Of a DNA stretch of 24,931 nt, positions 15,396 through 24,049 are shown in pieces. The notes beneath the pieces are model-generated. The model saw only the letters and a list, made by a program, of their open reading frames with translations, was not told the DNA's origin and did no database searches. Every line of letters begins with the position of its first letter. The stretch's first letter is position 1. Origin of the DNA: a virus (lineage: Duplodnaviria; Caudoviricetes); IMG/VR virus record IMGVR_UViG_3300035179_000699, positions 1 to 24,931 of that record, one strand, 5' to 3'. The translations under genes were made by a program, and so were the position numbers.

Positions 15396-16364
15396 ATGGC
15401 ACGATTTATCGGGGTAGGAAAGGAATCGGTATACGGAACGCAGGTCTCGCTCACGGACTACATCAACGCACTCGACGAGAGCTACAGCATCGACAACAGC
15501 GTCGATGCCGAGATCGTCATGGGCACAAGGTACAAGGACAGGCCGGCGCCCGGGCCCGTCAAAGTGAAGGGCGGGTTCAAGTGCTACGCCGACCAGGAGA
15601 GCATCGGCAGGATCCTCCATGCCCTGATGGGCTCCGCTTCGGATACTATCTCCGCCCCAGAGGGATCGGTCTACCTGCACACCATGGTTCCCTCGCAGAC
15701 ATCACAGCCACTCACGCTCGCCGTGGGCGGCGATGTGACGGCCGGCCAGAAGTCCATGCCCGGGAGCATCGTGAAGAAGCTCAAGGTAACCATCGCCCCG
15801 AAGGGCAAGGTCCTCTGCGAGGTCGAGACGGTCGGGAAGACCATGATGATAGACTCATTGGCGACACCCACATTCTCCACCAAGAAGACCTACCACAACG
15901 TCCACGCCCTCTGCAAGATAGGCGGCGCCACCATCGCCCGCATCAAGGGCATGACGATGGAGATCGAGAACAATGTAACAGAGGACGACTTCGTTCACAG
16001 TTCCAGGACGCTCTACTCCTGCAACTTCCAGGAGCTGACCGTCAAGGGGACCATCGACCTATTCTTCGATGCCATCGACCAATGGAAGATGTTCATGGGC
16101 AATTCAACCGCGTTGTCGCCCGGCGTGTACCTGACCCCGCAGGCGATCTCGATAGAGCTCATATCCGATGAGAAAGCAGGAGCGACCCAGTACTACTTCC
16201 TCAAGTTCCAGGTCGTGGAAGCGATCTTCCGGACGCACAAGGCGAACATCAACAAGCGCGACAGAACGATCGAGAACATAGAGTTCGAGATGATGCTGCC
16301 TGTGGCGGGCGGGAATCCGTTCACCATCCTCTACCAGAACACCATCACACCCGCCTACAACTGA
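15396..16364 (+). CDS. Major tail tube protein
   Basis: N-terminal FIGVGKESVYGT, YLHT, KKLKVTI, MTMEIENN and LTVKGTIDLFF fit the Phage_tube_2-like pattern. It lies upstream of TAC and TMP. Confidence 0.85.
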   Translation: MARFIGVGKESVYGTQVSLTDYINALDESYSIDNSVDAEIVMGTRYKDRPAPGPVKVKGGFKCYADQESIGRILHALMGSASDTISAPEGSVYLHTMVPSQTSQPLTLAVGGDVTAGQKSMPGSIVKKLKVTIAPKGKVLCEVETVGKTMMIDSLATPTFSTKKTYHNVHALCKIGGATIARIKGMTMEIENNVTEDDFVHSSRTLYSCNFQELTVKGTIDLFFDAIDQWKMFMGNSTALSPGVYLTPQAISIELISDEKAGATQYYFLKFQVVEAIFRTHKANINKRDRTIENIEFEMMLPVAGGNPFTILYQNTITPAYN

Positions 16365-16406
16365 GCCTGACGCTCCGAACATTGGCCTCAAGACCTTTCC
16401 CACGGA

Positions 16407-16445
16407 GGAGCCGATGATGGCAATGTCGAGGCGGCCTGAGGCTCC
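16407..16445 (+). ncRNA. C/D-box-type kink-turn element (putative L7Ae site)
   Basis: Terminal stem GGAGCC/GGCTCC, C-box-like ATGATGG (16414-16420) and D box CTGA (16436-16439), in the intergenic gap. Confidence 0.5.
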
Positions 16446-16489
16446 ATCAATTCACAGAATCACGGTCCTCGACGGACAGGAGGTGAAAG

Positions 16490-16729
16490 ATGCCAGAAAT
16501 CGGCGACGTCGTAACCTATGTAGACCCGCATGGCCGGGAGTACAAGGCCTTGGTGACGGCAGTCTGGCCCTTCGAGTATGATGCCCTGGGCAACAAGCCC
16601 GCAGGCCTCAATCTCGTTGTCGTGAGCCAGGACCCGAGCCAGACGGATGACTATGGCCGTCAGATCATCAGGCCGAGCTCCATCCCACACAAGACCTGCC
16701 AGCCAGCCCCCGCAAACTACTGGATCTGA
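16490..16729 (+). CDS. Small SH3-like phage protein (79 aa)
   Basis: AGGAGGTGA RBS. The PxIGDVVTY...ALVTAV...LNLVV...W pattern is recognised from small phage hypothetical proteins. Confidence 0.8.
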   Translation: MPEIGDVVTYVDPHGREYKALVTAVWPFEYDALGNKPAGLNLVVVSQDPSQTDDYGRQIIRPSSIPHKTCQPAPANYWI

Positions 16730-16800
16730 CGGACCGAGAGTACAAATCCGAAAGAAATGGAAGCTCTGGCATCTGACACCTACTAAGGAGGGAAGGGAAT

Positions 16801-17247
16801 ATGAACGCAACAGATAGGTACAAGGCAAGAGCCGAGGAATGGAACAGGCGACGTCCGACCGTGATCATCAAGGTCTCGACCGGGGCGGAGTTCAAGGTCC
16901 GCAAATTCGACGCCGTCGAGATTGTCAAAGTGTTCGAGGCGCTCGGTGTTCCGATGGACCAGCTCGACAGCATAACGACCGAGAACCTGGGCCAGAAAAT
17001 CCTTGCCCATATGGACGATGTTCTCAACAAGGTCATCGTCCCGATGACGGTCTCGCCCAAGTTGGTCCCATCCGGCCAGGCCCCGATCCATGTCGATGAG
17101 TTGAGCGTGGACGACCTTGAGGTCATGGACCGCGCCGACCTGGTCAAACAACTCCTCATCATGTCGCAGGGTGGTGATGGCAAGGCTCTGGCCGAGTCCT
17201 TTCGCCCAGAACCCAGCCGGCCGCCTCGTGCAGGGCCTAAGCCATGA
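16801..17247 (+). CDS. Tail assembly chaperone (gpG-like)
   Basis: Lies between the tail tube and TMP; GAEFKVRKFD strand followed by an acidic helical body. Confidence 0.8.
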   Translation: MNATDRYKARAEEWNRRRPTVIIKVSTGAEFKVRKFDAVEIVKVFEALGVPMDQLDSITTENLGQKILAHMDDVLNKVIVPMTVSPKLVPSGQAPIHVDELSVDDLEVMDRADLVKQLLIMSQGGDGKALAESFRPEPSRPPRAGPKP

Positions 17248-17497
17248 ATACCGCCTTTTACCGAGCGACATCATCGATCCCCATCGGGAACACCTCGACG
17301 GGTTCGACCGCCTCGTATTCGATGCCCTTATGGCCTCCAAAGCGAAAGTACGCGCCAAGCTCCAAGCCGGCGATAAGACCGGCATCAGCGCAAGCGACCA
17401 GGCGGACTTTGAAATGGAGCAAATCGAAGAGGGTGAGTTCAACGAGCTCGAACAGCTCAAGGAGAAGATGAGGCAAGATGGCAGGAGACCAGGTTGA
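16801..17497 (+). CDS. Tail assembly chaperone frameshift product (gpGT-like, +1 shift at 17197-17205, about 231 aa)
   Basis: TCC TTT CGC lies in the gpG frame. The +1 frame reads FAQNPAGRLVQGLSHEYRLLPSDII... and is open to 17497, overlapping the TMP start. Confidence 0.72.
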
Positions 17498-19019
17498 GGT
17501 CGGCATACTGCTGAAGGCCGTAGACGAAGCCAGCGCCACGCTCCAGGGCGCCGCCGAAAGCGTCAAGGCCGTAGGCGCCGCCGCCGGCGAGACCGCCGGA
17601 CAAGCGACCATAATGGGCGATGAGGTGAGCGGGGCCAATGAAAAGACAGCAAGCTCCTACCGCACCGTTTCCGAGGCCGCCGTCGAACACGGCCGGGAAA
17701 TCCGTACAGCGACCAAGGAGTATAAGCTCGCCAACATCGAGCAGATGCAGTTTAATCACGTGCTCCAGATGACGGCGACCACGGCCGAGCAATGGGGCAA
17801 GACGCTCCAGAATGGCCACGATATTGTCCGGACCGCCATCAAGGGCGTAAGCGACGCCCTCGAAAAGGCGACCGGCGGCTTATCGGTTTACATTGGCGCC
17901 GGCATCGAGGTCGTGGGCATGGCGATAAATATGTACGCTCAGTATGCCCGCCTCATCATCATGTGGGGGATGCATTCGGCCGCCGTCCAGGCGGACACCC
18001 TGGAGGTCGATGACAACACCGTCGCCAAGGTAGCGAATAACGAGGCATCGAGTCTCATGGGCACCCTCGCCGGCGACTTGACCTCTCCGATGGGTCTCGC
18101 CGGGCTCGCCATTGCCGGCGTCACCCTGGCCATCGGCGGGGCGATAATAGCCTGGCAGAACTATAGCAAGAACACTCAGGCGGCCGCCGCCGAGAACGAC
18201 AAGCTCATCCAATCCATCGACGAGGTCCAGGACCGCCTTTGGCGGCTCAAGCATGGGGAAACCCAGCAGACCGTCGATTTTACGAAACGGGCAAATGAAG
18301 TCTACCGGCAATACCTGGACGCCACGATCGAGTACGAATCGGCCAAGGCGCTCGGGATGGACGAGGAAGCCGACAAATACAAGCAACAGACCGAAGCCCT
18401 CTATAACGAATATAACCTCATGCTCAAGTCCGCCGAGATCTCGAAAGGCCAGTCCTCGAACCTCCAGACGACCATCGCCCAACAGGCCCAACTTTCCAAG
18501 GATGCCGCTCACCAATATTACGAGGAGCAGACCCATAACGAAGATTTCTGGTGGATGCCTCAAGGAAAGGATCTTGAGGACCTCAAGGCGACTTCCAAAG
18601 AATATGGACGGATATACGCCATTGAATACTGCAAGGGTCTGGATGAGGGCATGGATTCCGATGAGGCCAAGGCTCACGCCGCGTCGGCCGCCAAAAAAGC
18701 CGCCGCGAATTTCGAGCCTGGCGGGAGTCCCCCCAAAACTGGCCCCCTCATGCACATCGACCAATGGGGCAAGGATGCCGCCAAGACCTATGTCAAGGGC
18801 ATGGCCGACGGAATGAGGGAGAACAATGGCGACCTCGACGCCGCCGCCGGCGCCGTCGCCGACAAGTTCGGGTCCTCGCCCAAGAGCGGGGCCGGCTCAA
18901 TATTTCCCGACAGCTCGACCGGCAGGAATCAGTTCAACATCATCCAGCACATCTATCACGCGGATGAGGACCGCATCGCCGCCAAGGTGGTCGGCGCTCT
19001 GAAAGGTTCATTGGGGTGA
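17478..19019 (+). CDS. Tape measure protein (513 aa)
   Basis: N-terminal VEVGILLKAVDEAS, Ala-rich helical body, hydrophobic segments, GSPPKTGPL motif and C-terminal FNIIQHIY...RIAAKV; position after TAC. Confidence 0.85.
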   Translation: MAGDQVEVGILLKAVDEASATLQGAAESVKAVGAAAGETAGQATIMGDEVSGANEKTASSYRTVSEAAVEHGREIRTATKEYKLANIEQMQFNHVLQMTATTAEQWGKTLQNGHDIVRTAIKGVSDALEKATGGLSVYIGAGIEVVGMAINMYAQYARLIIMWGMHSAAVQADTLEVDDNTVAKVANNEASSLMGTLAGDLTSPMGLAGLAIAGVTLAIGGAIIAWQNYSKNTQAAAAENDKLIQSIDEVQDRLWRLKHGETQQTVDFTKRANEVYRQYLDATIEYESAKALGMDEEADKYKQQTEALYNEYNLMLKSAEISKGQSSNLQTTIAQQAQLSKDAAHQYYEEQTHNEDFWWMPQGKDLEDLKATSKEYGRIYAIEYCKGLDEGMDSDEAKAHAASAAKKAAANFEPGGSPPKTGPLMHIDQWGKDAAKTYVKGMADGMRENNGDLDAAAGAVADKFGSSPKSGAGSIFPDSSTGRNQFNIIQHIYHADEDRIAAKVVGALKGSLG

Positions 19020-19023
19020 ATAC

Positions 19024-20151
19024 ATGGCCGTTGTCAATGTGATAATCCCGAACGGAGGAACGAAGAATTGGACTGACTATGCCATCGGCGCCGGCGACAC
19101 CATCAATATCACTCAGTCTGGCGGCGACAACAATGGGCTTTTCATATTCAATACCGCCGGGGTCTCATGCATGGGTGTGACCATTCAGGACGGAAAGAAT
19201 ATAACGCTCCGGTGGAATAATAACGGGACCGTAACCATCAACGGCTCCATCGGCAAGTATTGGGCGATGGACTTGACCGGGACCAGCGTTCTCATTATCT
19301 CTGCCATCGGAGCCTCCGCTGACATCACAGTCATCAGCCAGACCAGGACTGGGATCGTCGGGTGGACGCTCGCCGCTGGCGCCTCGGTCCAGTTCGTCGG
19401 GAGCGCCACTTACCGCGTCCTTCACTATGAGGATACGATGGCCGGCGGCACAGCTCATTTCCCGACACTTCTTGGGTCAGCATATCCTGTCCCAACGGCC
19501 GGCGGAACCATCACGGCGACTTATGCCTATCTGTTCTCATTGTCGAGGCTTCACGGCAAGACGGCCGGCGAGGTCCTCACGCTCACGGACGCCCTCTATA
19601 ATTTCATAACCTTGATAGAGCCCGAGGAGCAAATCGTCGCCGGCACCATCAACCTCGCCCGCGCCATAATCGGGACCTGGCAAAGCAAGATATGGTACAT
19701 CAAGCCGACCGGGACCATAGTCTCTAACAGGGGTTTCTTCGACAATGTTCTCCCGACCCTTTACTCGGCGAGCTATTATGTCATTCTGAGGGGGCGAACA
19801 ACGAAATGCCAGGTTAAGTATAGGGAGATTGAGACAATCGAGGATTCATTTCTCGGAGCGGATGGGTCTTATATCGAGGTCACCAACCGCAAGAGTTCGG
19901 TCGTCACGGTCCAGGCTGTCCTCAGATACCACGCGGTGTGGGATCATCCACTCGCCCAACGCAGATTTCTCGCCGAACTCATGGACCTCAAAGTCGTCCA
20001 GGGCGGCGAGCTCGTCAAGTTCACCTGGCACGAAGGCCATTTCGGGAAATCCTACCTCCGGGCGCATGATGATTTTATCAATCCCGGCCGCGCGTTTTAC
20101 GAGGGCGCATATGAGGTTAGGTTCGAGATCATTGAGGCACCGTATAACTAA
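19024..20151 (+). CDS. Distal-tail (Dit)-like protein with N-terminal beta-solenoid extension
   Basis: Directly follows the TMP. The C-terminal ~125 aa (EDSFLGADGSYIEV...VVTVQAVL...VKFTWH...YEVRFEIIE) has a Dit/tube-like pattern, and the N-terminal 250 aa are T/G/I/N-rich beta repeats. Confidence 0.6.
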   Translation: MAVVNVIIPNGGTKNWTDYAIGAGDTINITQSGGDNNGLFIFNTAGVSCMGVTIQDGKNITLRWNNNGTVTINGSIGKYWAMDLTGTSVLIISAIGASADITVISQTRTGIVGWTLAAGASVQFVGSATYRVLHYEDTMAGGTAHFPTLLGSAYPVPTAGGTITATYAYLFSLSRLHGKTAGEVLTLTDALYNFITLIEPEEQIVAGTINLARAIIGTWQSKIWYIKPTGTIVSNRGFFDNVLPTLYSASYYVILRGRTTKCQVKYREIETIEDSFLGADGSYIEVTNRKSSVVTVQAVLRYHAVWDHPLAQRRFLAELMDLKVVQGGELVKFTWHEGHFGKSYLRAHDDFINPGRAFYEGAYEVRFEIIEAPYN

Positions 20152-20153
20152 GG

Positions 20154-22712
20154 ATGGTGGATCGGATGGTCATATACGAGAATAAGCTCCTGATCGGCGC
20201 CAAGTCCAGCCTCACCGATAAACTCTATATCAAGGGTTGGGGCGTCACCGATGGACGCAATGAGATTCCCGAAATGGAAATCACACTCGCCGATACCGCC
20301 GACGCCGAGACACTCACAGAGGATATGGTGGTCGAGTGGTACAGGCGCGCCGTCGGAGAGGCGACCTGGGGCGACAGTTTCTTCTATGGCTATGTCCGGG
20401 CCATCAAGAAGCCCCTCAGAAAGAACGAGATAACGCTCCAATGCGTCGGCGTCCTCGGGGTCATGTTCGAGCGGGCCATCCCATTCGCCGCCTGGGGAAA
20501 TACGCACATCGTGGACGAGCTTCTCGCCGTGACGCTCACCACGCTCAACGGCTATGTCCAGCGCCTCACCATGGACCTCGACGCCAACCTTGCGCCCCAG
20601 GTCCCGCTCGAACGGCTCCGGCTCCTGCTGATCCAGGAGGGCGTTTGGGCGTCTCTGACCCCGGCCGTCTGGCGGGTCCAGAACATCGCCGGCACCGTCA
20701 TCAATGTGGCCCAGTCATTCATCGCCCGCCCGGGCGAGATGCGAAAGCTCTGGCTCAAGGGCTACCAGAACAACGGCGGCAATGTCTCGGACCTCACCAT
20801 CCAGATACAGACAGACAACGGCGGAGTCCCCTCCGGGACCGTGGCGGCAACGATAAACAGCGCCCGCGGCAATTGGGGCGTCGGTGCAGGAAACGAGAGC
20901 TGGGTCGAGCTCGATTTCATCGGCGGCGTCGGTGACCCCTCGATGCTCCAGCTCGTGACTGGAGCAATGTATTGGATCGTCCTGAGCGTCCCGACCCAGG
21001 GACCTCAGAATTGGTATGAGTTCAGGGCCGCCGGCACCTCGGATATGCTCCCGCTCGCCCGCCGCGGAAAGGATAACCTCAACGGTGGTGCCTATGCTGT
21101 GAACGCCAATAAGTTCGCTCTGTACTATGGTTTCGATTTCGAGGGGGATTGGATCGACCTCGATTATACAAAGGGTGAGTACACCGTCGCCGATGCCGTC
21201 AGTGGAGCTCATACGGTCTATTTCATCCTGCGCCAGCTCCAGGCGGCGGACCAGATAGGCCAATACTCATGGCGCCGTGAGGGCCAGGTCCCCATCCTCT
21301 ACACTGGCCAGAAGATCGTCAGGGCGACCTATTGGAAGGGCCAGCTCACTTATGCGACGGTGTTCCAGCAATGGGCTAAAGCCATCGCAAGCGATCTATA
21401 TGCGACGCTCGACATCAGCGTCACCGAGCCGGCGAGTAAACAGTATTGCATCCAGCTCGAAAATTCCAACGGGCTCGATGCCCTCAACACCCTGGCGAAC
21501 AATTGCCCTGCGGTCGCCCGGGTCTACAAGAGCGCCGCCGGCTCGGTGACGCTCGAAGTCCGGGATGCCCGGTTTGGAATAACGCCGGTATGGACCGCGA
21601 TTTATACAGCGCCCCAGCGGGACATCCGGACCTTTTACGACGGCCGGGACTCGCCGGCGAGCCAATCCTTTATCCGCATTGTGGACGGCTCGGTCTTTAG
21701 GAATTTCGTCAAGAAAGTGGAGAGCGCGATGTTCAAGGACATGGGCGGGAACATTCTCTCAGCAATCGGGTCCGTCGCCGGCACCGGGAAGAGCACCCAG
21801 CTTATGAGTTCATTCGTGTTCGACGGCAAGGGCTCGTTCTTCAACGCCCCGGCCGGCGCCGCCGAAAGCCTTCTCGGTGCCGCCATCACGGTCCAGACCG
21901 GCGGCGACATCACGGTCGAGGACATCGACCAAAGCATGGCTCAGGGTCCGCTCCGGGACGCCAACCAGCTCATCTATGTCAAGATTTCCCGCAAGGGCGT
22001 GGACGGGGTGTTCGCCGTCAAGGGCATCCGATGGTCGGGGGGGATCGGGCAACCGACCAAATTGGAGATAGGGTTCCTGAACCCCGATTTCGCTTATCGC
22101 GCCCCGTCGCTCGATAAGGTTACCGGGGTGGATAACTCCAGTTCGCTCGGGAAACTGAAAGGCACCATCGATGGCACCGTCGGCGGGTTCGGCCGGCTCA
22201 GATACTCGGCCGACCGCCAGAAAGAGGACGGCCATAATTCTTGCCCGCAACAGCCGGCCGGCGTGACCGATTGCCCGACCTCGGGCCTTGAGAGCATCGG
22301 GACCGCCGGCATGAGCGTAAGGGCAGATATGCCCATCATGCAACGATACGGAGCTCACACTTATCTCCCGGCCAAAGTCTATTTCCTACAGATTGGGACC
22401 GGCGCCCCGGGCGGCGGATCGTGTGGCTATAAAATCGCCGAGGTCCGCGCCAAGGCTTTCACGATGGCGAGCGGGTTCGTGGTCCTCCAGGCGCAGATAC
22501 GCCGGAACGACATCGGGCTCGCTCGGGCCATGCCTCAGACCATCACGGAAATCGGGCTCAAGTATGCGGATGATTACGCCGGGACGAACCCGGTCCAGGT
22601 CGGAGCCTGGAGCATCAACCAGGTGAGCGGCGCCGGCGACATTTGGGGCGAGCAGCCTGAGGTTCTCCCCGGCCGGCGTGTGACGGTCGCCATCCAAGTC
22701 ACAAAGCCATAG
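20154..22712 (+). CDS. Tail tip hub (Tal-like) protein with inserted beta-sandwich domain
   Basis: Hub-like N-terminus (PEMEITL...FFYGYV...ITLQCVG) and GLDALNTLA. The insert AQSF...LTIQIQTDNGGVPSG...WVELDF...YWIVL resembles a choice-of-anchor R-like domain. Confidence 0.7.
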   Translation: MVDRMVIYENKLLIGAKSSLTDKLYIKGWGVTDGRNEIPEMEITLADTADAETLTEDMVVEWYRRAVGEATWGDSFFYGYVRAIKKPLRKNEITLQCVGVLGVMFERAIPFAAWGNTHIVDELLAVTLTTLNGYVQRLTMDLDANLAPQVPLERLRLLLIQEGVWASLTPAVWRVQNIAGTVINVAQSFIARPGEMRKLWLKGYQNNGGNVSDLTIQIQTDNGGVPSGTVAATINSARGNWGVGAGNESWVELDFIGGVGDPSMLQLVTGAMYWIVLSVPTQGPQNWYEFRAAGTSDMLPLARRGKDNLNGGAYAVNANKFALYYGFDFEGDWIDLDYTKGEYTVADAVSGAHTVYFILRQLQAADQIGQYSWRREGQVPILYTGQKIVRATYWKGQLTYATVFQQWAKAIASDLYATLDISVTEPASKQYCIQLENSNGLDALNTLANNCPAVARVYKSAAGSVTLEVRDARFGITPVWTAIYTAPQRDIRTFYDGRDSPASQSFIRIVDGSVFRNFVKKVESAMFKDMGGNILSAIGSVAGTGKSTQLMSSFVFDGKGSFFNAPAGAAESLLGAAITVQTGGDITVEDIDQSMAQGPLRDANQLIYVKISRKGVDGVFAVKGIRWSGGIGQPTKLEIGFLNPDFAYRAPSLDKVTGVDNSSSLGKLKGTIDGTVGGFGRLRYSADRQKEDGHNSCPQQPAGVTDCPTSGLESIGTAGMSVRADMPIMQRYGAHTYLPAKVYFLQIGTGAPGGGSCGYKIAEVRAKAFTMASGFVVLQAQIRRNDIGLARAMPQTITEIGLKYADDYAGTNPVQVGAWSINQVSGAGDIWGEQPEVLPGRRVTVAIQVTKP

Positions 22713-22714
22713 GT

Positions 22715-22770
22715 GGGAGGAAGGCCGGCTCCGGAAGGGCGCCCTTCCTCCCCGGCGGGAAGCGCCGCCG
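22715..22770. terminator. Hairpins ending the structural operon
   Basis: GGGAGGAAGG (22715-22724) pairs with CCTTCCTCCC (22743-22752). A nested perfect palindrome spans 22733-22748, and a second hairpin CGGCGG/CCGCCG spans 22753-22770. The region lies between convergent genes. Confidence 0.55.
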
Positions 22771-22829
22771 AGCTGGAATAATATATACTTGGAAGAATAT
22801 AAATGTTTTATGAGACAAGAATCGAGAGA

Positions 22830-23426
22830 TTATTTTAATCTCAACACTACCCCACATCCACTGCAAGGTATATCGAGAGGCCTCTTAGATTCCTTGACCT
22901 CTTCAAGTCTACCGCATTTCGGACATTTGACATATTTGACCGCCGATGCCTTCTGAAATAGATATTGTGTAACTGTTAAAATGAATAATGAAAATATTAC
23001 AAGAAAGAATCCGATATGGGGATACCATGTGACTGACATGTCCATTTCACCTATCACGGAGTTGCCGATATTCATGACTTCATGACTATAAATCGGATGA
23101 TGGACATTGAAAGTTATTACTGCAATGATAATTAAAATTATCGTAAGTATACCCCAATCCCCTATCTGTGTTTTGCCATCTCTGGACCAAAGGATTATTC
23201 CTATCAGTGATATAATTCCTGTTAGAACCGCGAGATAAATAATGGTCACGGTTGCGATAAAAGCTGGCTCGGCCTTCGAGAGGTCAATGTTTAATCCAAG
23301 ATTGCTGGTGAGGTCTGTATTAGCATCCGGAACTTCAACCCGGATCCAAGCCCATGGGATTAATAATGATATTACAAGCATTCCAATTCCAATGGCCCAG
23401 AAGATGGCAATCGTCTCTCTCTTCAT
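22830..23426 (-). CDS. Four-TM membrane protein with C-terminal zinc ribbon (low-GC moron)
   Basis: Four hydrophobic segments and C-terminal KCPKCG...RPLDIPCSGCG. Markedly AT-rich (line 22981-23040 has 20/60 GC) and has its own promoter. Confidence 0.85.
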   Translation of the reverse strand: MKRETIAIFWAIGIGMLVISLLIPWAWIRVEVPDANTDLTSNLGLNIDLSKAEPAFIATVTIIYLAVLTGIISLIGIILWSRDGKTQIGDWGILTIILIIIAVITFNVHHPIYSHEVMNIGNSVIGEMDMSVTWYPHIGFFLVIFSLFILTVTQYLFQKASAVKYVKCPKCGRLEEVKESKRPLDIPCSGCGVVLRLK

Positions 23427-23449
23427 ATTGCCTGTGATGATTCTCTCAT

Positions 23450-23464
23450 CTTAAAACCTTTTTG
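23450..23464 (-). promoter_or_regulatory. Archaeal BRE-TATA promoter of the membrane gene
   Basis: The minus strand reads CAAAAAGG-TTTTAAG, ending about 24 nt upstream of ATG 23426, which implies a leaderless or short-leader mRNA. Confidence 0.65.
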
Positions 23465-23699
23465 TCTCGGAGGATTGACCCGTATGAACTTATCCGGTGC
23501 GTCTCATATTGTATACTCATAGTCATTCTATATTGCCCGCTGGCCGGCCCCGGCCCCAGCTCAAAAAAGGTCGGCTGGCGCAATCAAAACGGGTTTCGAA
23601 TACCATCGGGGGACGATTTAACCTATTGGCAATATTAACAGCAAAGCTTATCTTCGGACGATGAGCGAACTCACTCTTCAGGTCTTGGTCAAAACAAAA

Positions 23700-23930
23700 T
23701 TATTTTTCCCTCTTCTTTTTCTTGGCTTCGGCCTCGGCGATCTCCTGTGGTGTGGCCTTGCGAACCGTGACGAGTGTTGGATTATAATCTATCTGCCAGA
23801 GGACCGAATCTCCCGCCTCGATGCCGAGCGGTGCCGCTGCCTCTTGAGGTATTGTCCCAGATACGCTCTTTTTTCCATCACTATTTGGCCAGGTCCTCAT
23901 TATCACTCGTTTCGTCACCATGCGTTTCAT
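23700..23930 (-). CDS. AbrB/MazE/SpoVT-like DNA-binding protein (76 aa)
   Basis: SVSGTIPQEAAAPLGIEAGDSVLWQI...VTVRK is a swapped-hairpin motif. Start is ATG 23930 or 23921. Confidence 0.82.
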   Translation of the reverse strand: MKRMVTKRVIMRTWPNSDGKKSVSGTIPQEAAAPLGIEAGDSVLWQIDYNPTLVTVRKATPQEIAEAEAKKKKREK

Positions 23931-23947
23931 AAGAACAAGATGGTTCC

Positions 23948-23966
23948 AATTATATATAATTTCTTT
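23948..23966. promoter_or_regulatory. Palindromic TATA element, promoter of the AbrB-like gene
   Basis: Perfect palindrome AATTATATATAATT (23948-23961). The minus strand reads AAAGAAA-TTATATATA about 22-30 nt before ATG 23930. Confidence 0.65.
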
Positions 23967-24049
23967 CACAGATTGGTACACAGACCACGACAGAGCGCCC
24001 CCTCCGTAGGCCACAAGGTACTAATATTGAGAAAACCATGTGGATGCAA

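Noticed and set aside
17244-17471. 75-aa ORF coupled by ATGA to the chaperone as an independent gene
   Set aside because: The Ser/Arg-rich sequence is not protein-like, whereas the +1 frame over the same interval has gpT-like features and typical codon bias.
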